From: a virus
Virus record (IMG/VR): IMGVR_UViG_3300045988_085402
Span: 1 to 35,293 of that record
Direction: 5' to 3' (one strand)
Length of the DNA stretch: 35,293 nt
The notes under the pieces were generated by a model. That model saw only the letters and a list, made by a program, of their open reading frames with translations. It did not search any database and was not told where the DNA came from. The stretch's first letter is position 1. Every line of letters begins with the position of its first letter. The position numbers and the translations under genes are program-made. Shown piece by piece: positions 1-7,640 of the stretch.

Positions 1-55
1 AAGGCTCCTACGCCACCGCCCCCGCCGGCAGCATCGTCATCGTCCGCACCGCCTG
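1..55. repeat. Terminal direct repeat, left copy (identical to 35239..35293)
   Basis: Read directly: bases 1-55 (AAGGCTCCTACGCCACC...GTCCGCACCGCCTG) match the last 55 bases of the window base for base. This is the signature of a contig that closes on itself. Confidence 0.95.
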
Positions 56-56
56 A
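1..56 (+). CDS. 3' end of the wrap-around small early gene that starts at 35073 (repeat copy plus stop codon)
   Basis: The frame of ORF 35073..35293 continues through the repeat. Position 1 is codon position 2. ...GTC CGC ACC GCC TGA ends at 56. Confidence 0.7.
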   Translation, partial: GSYATAPAGSIVIVRTA

Positions 57-153
57 AAGGAGAGGAAGTATCGAGCGCCGTGATACCCGTCGCCGACATG
101 CTCACCCGCGGACTTGAACAACTAGACGCCACCAACCGAAAGGAGCTCCCCTA

Positions 154-321
154 ATGCGTCACGCGGCCCCCAACACCATCCCCCCGCGGCCAGCCGGCCG
201 GGCCGCCCAGCTCGCCCTGGGCGCCATCACCTACGCCATCGCAAGCCTGTCCGCCTGCCTCATCACCCTCGGCTCCGCCCTCGCCATCTGGGGTCTCTGG
301 CAGTGGCTGGAGGTGAACTGA
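154..321 (+). CDS. Small membrane protein (55 aa, below the ORF-track cutoff)
   Basis: ATG 154 is preceded by GAAAGGAG (138-145). Hand translation: MRHAAPNTIPPRPAGRAAQLALGAITYAIASLSACLITLGSALAIWGLWQWLEVN, with one long hydrophobic stretch. Third codon positions are mostly G/C. Stop TGA 319-321 abuts the next ATG (323). Confidence 0.5.
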   Translation: MRHAAPNTIPPRPAGRAAQLALGAITYAIASLSACLITLGSALAIWGLWQWLEVN

Positions 322-322
322 C

Positions 323-580
323 ATGACCCCCGCCGGAGTTGTCTCAGAGGCCCTCACCATCCTCGACGCGTGCGGCCTCGACCGGACCAAGCTGAGAGTA
401 GCGACCGGCCCCCGCGAAGCGGTCATCCGCCGGGGCCGGCGTCCGTCAGGGACGCGAGTGGCCCTCACCAGGCGCGGCGTCACCTGGTACGTGACCGGCG
501 GCGGCGTCCATTGGAGAGGAACCAGCCGGCATGCCGCCGCCACACAGGTCGCTCACATCATCGAGACCGGCTGGAGGTGA
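323..580 (+). CDS. Hypothetical small early protein (85 aa)
   Basis: ORF track. GGAGG (309-313) lies 9 nt upstream of the ATG. G/C-rich third positions. Last gene of the plus-strand block. Confidence 0.6.
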   Translation: MTPAGVVSEALTILDACGLDRTKLRVATGPREAVIRRGRRPSGTRVALTRRGVTWYVTGGGVHWRGTSRHAAATQVAHIIETGWR

Positions 581-958
581 CGGCGGCGTCGGCGGCCGGC
601 TCTCCGGCGCAATCAGCCGTATCAACGCCACCCCCCACCGGATCAACGCGGCCGCATACTCCTCCAACTTGAACACCTGCACCCTGAGGCGGTGCGCTTC
701 CTCTTCCGCGAGGTCGCGCGCCGCCTCAGCAGCATCCCTGGACAGCTCCAACGTCGCGACACGACGGTTCAAGGAGTCAGCCATCCGCTCCAAGGCTTCA
801 ACCCTCCGGTCGGACGTCCGCTCCGCCCTCGCGAACAGCCAACCAATGCACGACGCCACGGCGGCGACCGCCGCGCCGAACAGCTCAGCAGGGAAGGGGG
901 GGAGGTCAAGGTCATGCATGATCCCAGTATGGGCCGCCAACAAAGCGACGACACTCAC
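446..958 (-). CDS. Membrane-anchored coiled-coil protein, function unknown (start GTG 958, or ATG 919)
   Basis: ORF track 446..1042, trimmed. GTG 958 overlaps the stop of the upstream gene (GTGA). Hydrophobic segment AELFGAAVAAVASCIGWLFA is followed by a heptad-like charged helix (RRVEALERMADSLNRRVATLELSRDAAEAARDLAEEEAHRLRVQVFKLEE) and a Pro-rich tail. Confidence 0.5.
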   Translation of the reverse strand: MSVVALLAAHTGIMHDLDLPPFPAELFGAAVAAVASCIGWLFARAERTSDRRVEALERMADSLNRRVATLELSRDAAEAARDLAEEEAHRLRVQVFKLEEYAAALIRWGVALIRLIAPESRPPTPPSPPAGLDDVSDLCGGGMPAGSSPMDAAAGHVPGDAAPGEGHSRP

Positions 959-2265
959 GCCAGCGGGGCGTACATCATCGGCATGACCCGCTTCCCGCCG
1001 CCGCCCGCGGGGATGTTCGTGATCACCGTACTGTTCGGCCACACCTCAACGGTCGCCCCGTCAGACGTGCCATCCGTCTTCAACAGCGGGTAGCAGGTGC
1101 GCTGCGGCTTCGCGCCACCCAACACAGCGGCCGGGATCGTCGCGACACGCTTCTGCCCAACAGACGGCAACGTCACCGTACCCCACTCCGACCGGGGCCC
1201 CACGCAAAGGGCATGACCAGAGAGAGACGCAACAAACGTGTCGCCAGGCGTCATATCGCCGGGGAACGACGTCCACTTAAAGGCGGGCGTTGGTGCGGGA
1301 GAACCCCCGCCCGACCCTGCCGGCCGGCGTCCGTTCACCGCGTCAACCACCCGCAGCCACGCGTCGGCGGACTTCGGGCCACTGTCTGGACGGACATCGA
1401 AGTCGCCATACTGACCGATGTTCCACAGGCCAACGCCGTTCAGCCCGGACATGAACGCCACCTGCGCGAACGCGGTCAGCTTCGCGGCCTTCGCGTCGTC
1501 CGTCTTGTCGTTGAAGCCAACCTCCTCCAAGATGAACGGCTTCCCCGCCTGTGTGGCGATCTGGGCGAGATTCCGGAACGCATCGCCAGTCGGGTTGTCG
1601 TACCCGTGGGTGGTGAACACGTCCACCTCCGGGAGGCGCGCCACCTGGTCGAACAGGTCGCCGTGCGCGTCCCGCCCGCGGCCGTCAGCGCCCAGGTGAA
1701 TAAAGCCGCCGGCCGCGATAGGGCCGTCATAGCCGAGTCGACGTACCGCCTCCACCTGCTGCAGCAGCGACCACACGTACTGGTCTGCAGAGCCCGCCCG
1801 CTGGACCGGATTGTCGTCACCCCACAGCACCATCGGTTCGCCGGCCAGGGCAACGCAATCCATGGTCGGGTAGTCCCGGTAGGGGATGTCCGCGTCAGGG
1901 AAGTTCCGCCACAGGACCTCACGGAAGTAAGGACACCAGTCCTGCCACCTCAGGAAGTAGGGGTTCGCCTTCTCCTTCACGAACAAGTTCCGCACGTAGG
2001 ACAGGTCCAGCCACAGGCGTACGTTCGCGTCTCGCGCCCAGCGAACCTTCGCGTCCATCTCGCCGAGCTTGTCGCCGCCGTTGTGCAGCGCCTGTGACGT
2101 GGAGTCGCCGAACAGGTCGGTGATCCGCATGTGAGTGACCCCCAGCTGGCGGGCGCGCTGTGCCCACAGCCTCCCGTCCGGCGCTCCGTTCGCGGATGCG
2201 ATCACGCAGCCTCGCAGCGCCTCCGCGCGCCGCTTTCTCTCTTCCGTGGGCCCCATAGTGGCCAT
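955..2265 (-). CDS. Clan GH-A (GH5-like) TIM-barrel glycoside hydrolase with a ~100-aa C-terminal beta-rich domain; candidate tail-associated glycanase/depolymerase
   Basis: 436-aa ORF. Motifs appear in the expected order for clan GH-A: ALAGEP (acid/base position, NEP-like), FTTHGYD (H-x-Y), FILEEVGF (nucleophile Glu), GLWNIG (Trp). RBS AGGGAGAGG lies upstream of ATG 2265. Confidence 0.65.
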   Translation of the reverse strand: MATMGPTEERKRRAEALRGCVIASANGAPDGRLWAQRARQLGVTHMRITDLFGDSTSQALHNGGDKLGEMDAKVRWARDANVRLWLDLSYVRNLFVKEKANPYFLRWQDWCPYFREVLWRNFPDADIPYRDYPTMDCVALAGEPMVLWGDDNPVQRAGSADQYVWSLLQQVEAVRRLGYDGPIAAGGFIHLGADGRGRDAHGDLFDQVARLPEVDVFTTHGYDNPTGDAFRNLAQIATQAGKPFILEEVGFNDKTDDAKAAKLTAFAQVAFMSGLNGVGLWNIGQYGDFDVRPDSGPKSADAWLRVVDAVNGRRPAGSGGGSPAPTPAFKWTSFPGDMTPGDTFVASLSGHALCVGPRSEWGTVTLPSVGQKRVATIPAAVLGGAKPQRTCYPLLKTDGTSDGATVEVWPNSTVITNIPAGGGGKRVMPMMYAPLA

Positions 2266-2292
2266 AAAACCCTCTCCCTTGCTGGGTAGTAA

Positions 2293-2332
2293 TTACCTGC
2301 CGCTCCTATGATCTCATGGGTGCGGCAGGTAA
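2293..2332 (-). terminator. Hairpin (11-bp perfect stem TTACCTGCCGC/GCGGCAGGTAA, 18-nt loop) between the 229-aa gene and the glycosidase gene
   Basis: Read directly. Starts 12 nt past the stop at 2344. No U-tract, as is common in high-GC hosts. Confidence 0.45.
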
Positions 2333-2343
2333 CAGCCTGGTGC

Positions 2344-3033
2344 TCAGCGGGCGGCGCCGAGACTGATCACACGGAACCTGGTGCCCGGGTATACGCCGCC
2401 GTCGTAATGCCAGAACGGGTCCGTCCCGTATGACCCGCACGTCGAGTATGCGGCCGTGTGCGTGCCGGCAGGCACCTCCTGCTTCCACGACAGGTGGTGG
2501 GTCATGAATGTCCGGTTGTACTGGATCTCTGTCTGCCACAGGCCCGCGTTGTCCAGGATGAAACCGAAGTAGTAGCTCCCGTTGGCTTTGTCCTTGTCGA
2601 CCTCGGACTCGAAATCGGAGTGAACGATACTGACGCACACGTCCAAGCTGAACTCGAGGAGGCTGCGGATCGGCAGGTTGAAGCCGGTCTCCGCCCACCT
2701 GCGCGTCGTATGGTCGGACGTCGGCCGGCCGCGCCCATTGGACGCGTCAGTCTTGTCGACCAGCACGTCGCAGAACCCGGCCACTGGCTGCAGCACATAC
2801 TGGTTGCCGGACCTAGTCCCGTCCGCCGAGTACAGGACCCCGGCAATCAGGAACATCGCCGGGTGTGCGGCGGACACGACACCGGCCGGCGCCTGCGACA
2901 GGCGAGCCTGCGCCTCCGCCTGCGACGCGCACCGGATGAACGTGCCCACACTGTCCGCGTAGTCGCCCCACGCGGACAGGATCGGATCGGACGCGGTCGG
3001 GACCTTAGCCCCATCCCAGCGGGTAGTACTCAT
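2344..3033 (-). CDS. Hypothetical protein downstream of the tail fibre (possible minor tail/fibre accessory)
   Basis: 229-aa ORF. ATG 3033 lies 14 nt after the fibre stop. Assigned by position only; no motif recognised. Confidence 0.6.
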   Translation of the reverse strand: MSTTRWDGAKVPTASDPILSAWGDYADSVGTFIRCASQAEAQARLSQAPAGVVSAAHPAMFLIAGVLYSADGTRSGNQYVLQPVAGFCDVLVDKTDASNGRGRPTSDHTTRRWAETGFNLPIRSLLEFSLDVCVSIVHSDFESEVDKDKANGSYYFGFILDNAGLWQTEIQYNRTFMTHHLSWKQEVPAGTHTAAYSTCGSYGTDPFWHYDGGVYPGTRFRVISLGAAR

Positions 3034-3046
3034 AGCCTCATCCTAC

Positions 3047-6000
3047 TCAGTTCGTAATGTACATGGCCGACAGGCGGAAGCGCCTGAAGATCAGGTTCCC
3101 TAAGGCGCCGTCATCCGTACCGGGAGACTTAATCGCAAACCTCCAGGCCAGCTTGCTCGACGTTCGCATCTGCACCATCCCCGCGCAGGACACGGCTATA
3201 CTCGTCGCCCCCGGCTCCACCATGGCAGTGCCGCCCACCGCCAGGTTCCAGTTATACGACGGGGACAGCTGCAGCGATGCAGTCACCCACTTAGATGCAT
3301 ACGTGTTATCGACGTACGCTGTCGCCGCGATCCAGTACAGGCCGTTGTAGTAGGTAGACGGGATGCCCTGATCGTCAGTCCACCAATCCTGAGCGTCGAT
3401 CTGCAGCCACGTCCTGGGATTGTTCAGCTTCCCCGGCCACCACTGCCAGTTGTCCCCCTTCCACGACAAGTGACGCACCTGATCGGACGTACCAATGAAG
3501 TGCGGCGGCATAACCAGCGTGCGCAACGGCTTCTGATACTCGAGCGAATCCGACTGCGACGCATACAACCCGCCGACAGCCATCGTCAGCCGGTTCGACC
3601 GGTTCGCGCCCACGTCCACCCGCCGGAGAGTCAAAGAGCCGTTGGCCATGTTCACAGCCGTAGTGTCGAAACCCCGCCGGTACGACAGCTTCATGTTCTC
3701 GATGTACATGTTCGTCGGGGAGTACAACGGGAAAATCCGGAGGAAGTACTCGCGGGTCCCAGTCCGTTCCGCCGGCCACTGCCCGAGCCAGATGTGCTGG
3801 TAGCCATGAATCGACCTGTCCCTGGCCTGAAACCTACCGTCGCGCAGCAAATTGAACTGCAACTCGGTGTTCCCGTCCCTGCGATTGGCTTCGTCCCAGT
3901 GGTACGCCTTGAACGAAAGCACCGGGTCGAACACATTCCCGGACGGGAGAGTGAAGTTAATCTCCCAGCACGCGCCGTACGAGAAATCCAGGTCCGACTT
4001 GAACCTCCCGTGCACCTCCCGCGGCTTGGCGGATTCAATCGTGCACTTGCCGTCACTGTCGGTGCTGTACTGGTTCACCCACGTCGCCGACAGGTCAATC
4101 CACTGGTCGACATACTCGGCCGTGTCTCCGTCAGACGCATTCCATCCGGGCTTTTTCTTGTTGACGGACTCAGCCGACTCGAGGAACGTAGACAACGACG
4201 CCCCGATGATCTGCGACCCCCAGATCTTGTTGCCTTTCAGCTCGCCGACTACCGCGGAGCCGGTAATGGTCGCCTTACCGGCAGTCAGCATGTCAGTAGT
4301 CACCGACGCAAACGCGGCTAGCTTCGCCCACAATTCCTTGCTGGCGTAGATCGCGTCCGACGTCACCGACCCCGGCGCAAGCTTCGTAGCCCCCACAGCC
4401 TCCGTCAACGACACGAACGCTACCTCGGCCCGACAGCCCGCCGTAGCAGACAACTGGAACATAGTTGACGTGGTGCCGACGTCCGGCGTCCACGACCACT
4501 CCTCAGTCCGCCAACTGTAATCGTTGGCCTTGTACGCGGGCCGGCAGATCTCCTTCGCCGCCGCTGTCGCTACGAGAGTGCCAGCGTTGCCGGAGTTGTA
4601 CCGGTACGTCATCCGCAGCACCCAGCGCTTCCCAGCAGGGAACGTAATCTTCTGCGTTGCCTGCGCCCACACCTGCGCGCCGGCCGTGTTGACGAACCGG
4701 ACGCCGGTCATCAGCGCACCCGGGGCGCCGGACACGGTAGCCGCCAACGTCACCGCGTTCACGTCCGACACCGTCCACACGGACGACGGTGAAGACGCGA
4801 ACAGCGGCTCCCGCACCATATTCTCCGGGTCCACCGACACGGAGTGCGCGGCCACTGCCCCGAGGAACGCGGAGTCGGACGTGATCACGTCGATCACAGC
4901 CTGCGGCATCTTCGCGCCGCCGGTCACCATCAGTTTCGACACCGACAGGCCGCCGATCTTCGCGTCAGTGATAGACGCGTCAGCAATCTGCGCGGACCCA
5001 ATTGCGGCGTCACCGATCTGCGCGGACCCGATCGCCTTGTCGCCGATGAAATTCGTGCCTGCCTGGCTGAGCCGCCACACAGTGCCGTTCCACGTGAACG
5101 CCTGGCCAAGCTTCCCGTCAGCGCCCTGCACCCACCACAGCGACCCGGCGACCTTGCCCTGCCCGTCAGTCGGCAGCGGAGCGCGGGCTGCGATTGTCAC
5201 TTTCCCGTCCAGGGAGGACATTTTCGCGGAAGCCTGGTCGGCGGCATTCCGGGCACCAAGCGCGTCCGCGGTAGCCTTGTCGGCCTTCTCAGCGGCGCCC
5301 TGCGCGGCAGCGGCAGCACCATCGGCCTTCTGCTTCGCGGCCAGAATGTCGACCGCAGACGCGTCCTGTTTCGCTTTCAGTGCCGAGTAGTCGGCCTGCG
5401 CTTTCTGCGCGTCAGCCTGCGCGGCCTTCGCTGCAGCCTGCGCACCGTCCGCAGTTGCTTTCACCGCAGTGGCGTTCGCGTCAGCTTTCTTCGCCGCCGA
5501 GTCCGCATCCGCGGCCTTCTGCGCCGCAGTCGCAGCGGCATTGGCGGCGTCCTGCGCTTTCGTGTTCGCCTGCCCGGCGAGAGTCTGCGCGGCCTGCGCC
5601 AGCGACTTCGCCTCCTCGGCAAGAGCCACCGCCTTCGCGTTGTCACCGGAATTCTTGATCGCATCCTCGGCGCGCTTCGCCGTCTCGGCGGCCTGCCGGG
5701 CAGTGGTCTTCGCAGCGTCCGCCACCGTAGCCGCGTCCTTCGCGGCCTTGTCGGCGGCAGTGATACGCCCATCCAGGCCCTTCACACTGTCCTGCACAGT
5801 GCCGACAGAAGTGGCGGCAGCCTCAGCCTTCGCGCGGGCAGTCTGCGCGTCACGGGCAGCAGCGGCGGCGTCCTTCGCAGCATTGTCGGCGCGAGTCTTC
5901 ACCTCGGCGGCAGCCTTCTTCGCGTCCACCGCATCGTTCATGGCGTCCGCGATCTCCCGGCCGGCCGGCCCGAGCCGCTCAATCTGCGTGCGCTCATCGC

Positions 6001-6283
6001 CGGGCTCATCCTGCCCGTCAGTGATCGCCAGCAGCGTCCCATCCGGGTGCAGGCGGACAGTAACCATCGCCCCCTGCCACGTGTACAGGCCAGGCGTCTC
6101 CCCGGCCACGTACGTCTCAGGCCTGTCGTACGGCATGCCGACGCGCACCCACCCTGCCGGCAGGGTCGGGTCAGTCTTCGACGTGTCAACCACACGCCCC
6201 TTCACCCAGCGGATCGTTGTGTCGCGACGCTGGGACGCCTGGCTACCCTCGCGGAGTGCCAGGTACAGGCTGCTATCACTCAT
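3047..6283 (-). CDS. Tail fibre / receptor-binding protein (1078 aa) with a long Ala-rich coiled-coil stalk
   Basis: ORF 3047..6325 trimmed to ATG 6283 (RBS GGGGAGGAG; the upstream gene stops at 6297). About 250 aa of A/K/D/Q/T-rich heptad-like sequence. Repeats IGSAQIGDAAIGSAQIADASITDAKIGG. Large C-terminal globular part. Confidence 0.8.
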   Translation of the reverse strand: MSDSSLYLALREGSQASQRRDTTIRWVKGRVVDTSKTDPTLPAGWVRVGMPYDRPETYVAGETPGLYTWQGAMVTVRLHPDGTLLAITDGQDEPGDERTQIERLGPAGREIADAMNDAVDAKKAAAEVKTRADNAAKDAAAAARDAQTARAKAEAAATSVGTVQDSVKGLDGRITAADKAAKDAATVADAAKTTARQAAETAKRAEDAIKNSGDNAKAVALAEEAKSLAQAAQTLAGQANTKAQDAANAAATAAQKAADADSAAKKADANATAVKATADGAQAAAKAAQADAQKAQADYSALKAKQDASAVDILAAKQKADGAAAAAQGAAEKADKATADALGARNAADQASAKMSSLDGKVTIAARAPLPTDGQGKVAGSLWWVQGADGKLGQAFTWNGTVWRLSQAGTNFIGDKAIGSAQIGDAAIGSAQIADASITDAKIGGLSVSKLMVTGGAKMPQAVIDVITSDSAFLGAVAAHSVSVDPENMVREPLFASSPSSVWTVSDVNAVTLAATVSGAPGALMTGVRFVNTAGAQVWAQATQKITFPAGKRWVLRMTYRYNSGNAGTLVATAAAKEICRPAYKANDYSWRTEEWSWTPDVGTTSTMFQLSATAGCRAEVAFVSLTEAVGATKLAPGSVTSDAIYASKELWAKLAAFASVTTDMLTAGKATITGSAVVGELKGNKIWGSQIIGASLSTFLESAESVNKKKPGWNASDGDTAEYVDQWIDLSATWVNQYSTDSDGKCTIESAKPREVHGRFKSDLDFSYGACWEINFTLPSGNVFDPVLSFKAYHWDEANRRDGNTELQFNLLRDGRFQARDRSIHGYQHIWLGQWPAERTGTREYFLRIFPLYSPTNMYIENMKLSYRRGFDTTAVNMANGSLTLRRVDVGANRSNRLTMAVGGLYASQSDSLEYQKPLRTLVMPPHFIGTSDQVRHLSWKGDNWQWWPGKLNNPRTWLQIDAQDWWTDDQGIPSTYYNGLYWIAATAYVDNTYASKWVTASLQLSPSYNWNLAVGGTAMVEPGATSIAVSCAGMVQMRTSSKLAWRFAIKSPGTDDGALGNLIFRRFRLSAMYITN

Positions 6284-6296
6284 GCGGTCTCCTCCC

Positions 6297-7640
6297 CTAC
6301 AGGTGGCGGCGGGCCTCCCGTCCAATCACCGTCATCGTGCGAGACACGTCAGACAGTGAGCACGAGTAGCTCGAGACAATGATAGCAATCCACTCGCCCT
6401 CCTTGATTTCGAAGGCGAGGAGGTCGCCGATCTCGATACGAGGGTCGAACGCCATCTCCACTTTCCAGGACGGCAGACGGTCGCGGGCGTGGAACGCGTC
6501 CGCGTTCGCCTGTTCCACCATCTTCGACCATGACTTATCCGACGACAGGTCCGTGACCTTCGTCACCCGGCCGTAGTGCTTCGGGTCGTACGGAGTGCCG
6601 TAGTACTGCATCCCGATATGGAAATCGTACGTGTAGTTCGACTTCCATCCGGTCGTCTTCCCCTTGTCGTCAACCTCGCGTTCCCAGCCAGGCCACAGGT
6701 TGTGCCTCCACTGCCAGGCCGTGTCCTTCGCGTTCTGGTACAGCTCATCCTTCTGTCCCCACGCAGACGCCGTGGGCTTGGACTCCCACAACAGGTTCAG
6801 AGCCTCGTCCACTTCGGTGTCATGGTCAGACCGTTTGATCGCGTCCGCCCACGACTTATTCCCAGACAGGGAGTAGGACTTCGTACCGTCGCCCTTTGCG
6901 TTGATCTCGATCACGTTCGGCAGCCGGCCGGACGGGTCCTCAGTCCGCTGTGCGTCCACGAGTAACCCAGACGCTAGCGGGTACGTCTCGTCCGGCGCCT
7001 GCCAGTTCTCCCGCCGGGCGTACGCCTCGATCTTCCCGCCGTACCCCATGCGCACGTCCGCACCGCATGAGTCCGCCAACATGATTACCGACGCCAGCCG
7101 GTTCGGCGGCATCTGCAATGACGCCATCGGGGCAACATTCCGCACCTTCGGGTCCACCCAGATGTACGTGTGCTCAGGGACAGGGTTCAGCCGGCGCATC
7201 TCCGACAGCAGAGTCCCCCCCAACCACGGTGAGTGCGGGAACGGGAGAGGGTTCTCCTCCAGGTCCAAGAGCATATCTTTCGCCTGCACGGTCGCCTCCT
7301 CCGGGTTCGCCGGGGAGTCCGTGATCCGGAAATGCCCGAACGGGACGTCCCACCCCTCACCTTCGCGAGGGCGAATCTCCAGGACAGGGCACAGCTCCTG
7401 CCCGTAGTTCGCCAGCGGGTCGGTCGGGTCTTTCGGCGCCAGCTGACGGGGAACGTTCAGCGTCAGCCGCGCCGGGGCGGTCGGGTTCGAGTCCGCCTTC
7501 GTGCTGAGCTTCCCCCAGTCCAGTTGCACGTTGTATGCGGGCAGGTCCCGCCACTCGATCTTCCCGCCGTAGCGGACGTCCACGCGGACACGCCACCGCG
7601 CCGGTTGGGCCATGTCGAACAAGGAAGGGCCGGGCCTCAT
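6297..7640 (-). CDS. Minor tail protein (Tal/baseplate-hub position, 447 aa)
   Basis: ORF 6297..7928 trimmed to ATG 7640, which overlaps the upstream stop (ATGA at 7637-7640). It is the second gene after the tape measure. Confidence 0.7.
   Translation of the reverse strand: MRPGPSLFDMAQPARWRVRVDVRYGGKIEWRDLPAYNVQLDWGKLSTKADSNPTAPARLTLNVPRQLAPKDPTDPLANYGQELCPVLEIRPREGEGWDVPFGHFRITDSPANPEEATVQAKDMLLDLEENPLPFPHSPWLGGTLLSEMRRLNPVPEHTYIWVDPKVRNVAPMASLQMPPNRLASVIMLADSCGADVRMGYGGKIEAYARRENWQAPDETYPLASGLLVDAQRTEDPSGRLPNVIEINAKGDGTKSYSLSGNKSWADAIKRSDHDTEVDEALNLLWESKPTASAWGQKDELYQNAKDTAWQWRHNLWPGWEREVDDKGKTTGWKSNYTYDFHIGMQYYGTPYDPKHYGRVTKVTDLSSDKSWSKMVEQANADAFHARDRLPSWKVEMAFDPRIEIGDLLAFEIKEGEWIAIIVSSYSCSLSDVSRTMTVIGREARRHL

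Noticed and set aside
1-55. 55-bp terminal repeat as a biological direct terminal repeat or cos end
   Set aside because: The length equals a common assembler k-mer, and the junction falls inside an intact ORF. It is treated as an assembly overlap, although only read-level data can settle this.
80-154. 24-aa ORF (GTG 80, VIPVADMLTRGLEQLDATNRKELP, TAATG overlap with the next gene)
   Set aside because: It is too short. The GAAAGGAG at 53-60 is too far (about 14 nt or more) from the GTG, and the codon at the ideal spacing is ATC. It cannot be supported from sequence alone.
4960-5050. Near-identical DNA repeats in the fibre gene (ATCTGCGCGGACCC[A/G]AT[T/C]GC twice), considered as a diversity-generating retroelement target or variable repeat
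   Set aside because: They simply encode the tandem IGSAQI peptide repeat. The genome has no reverse transcriptase and no template-repeat copy elsewhere.
4844-6382. 512-aa plus-strand ORF (and 5469-6359, 4524-5390) antisense to the tail fibre gene
   Set aside because: The translations are Arg/Gly/Leu/Ser-rich with low complexity and no RBS. They lie opposite a clearly coding fibre gene. Long open antisense frames are expected in high-GC repetitive DNA.
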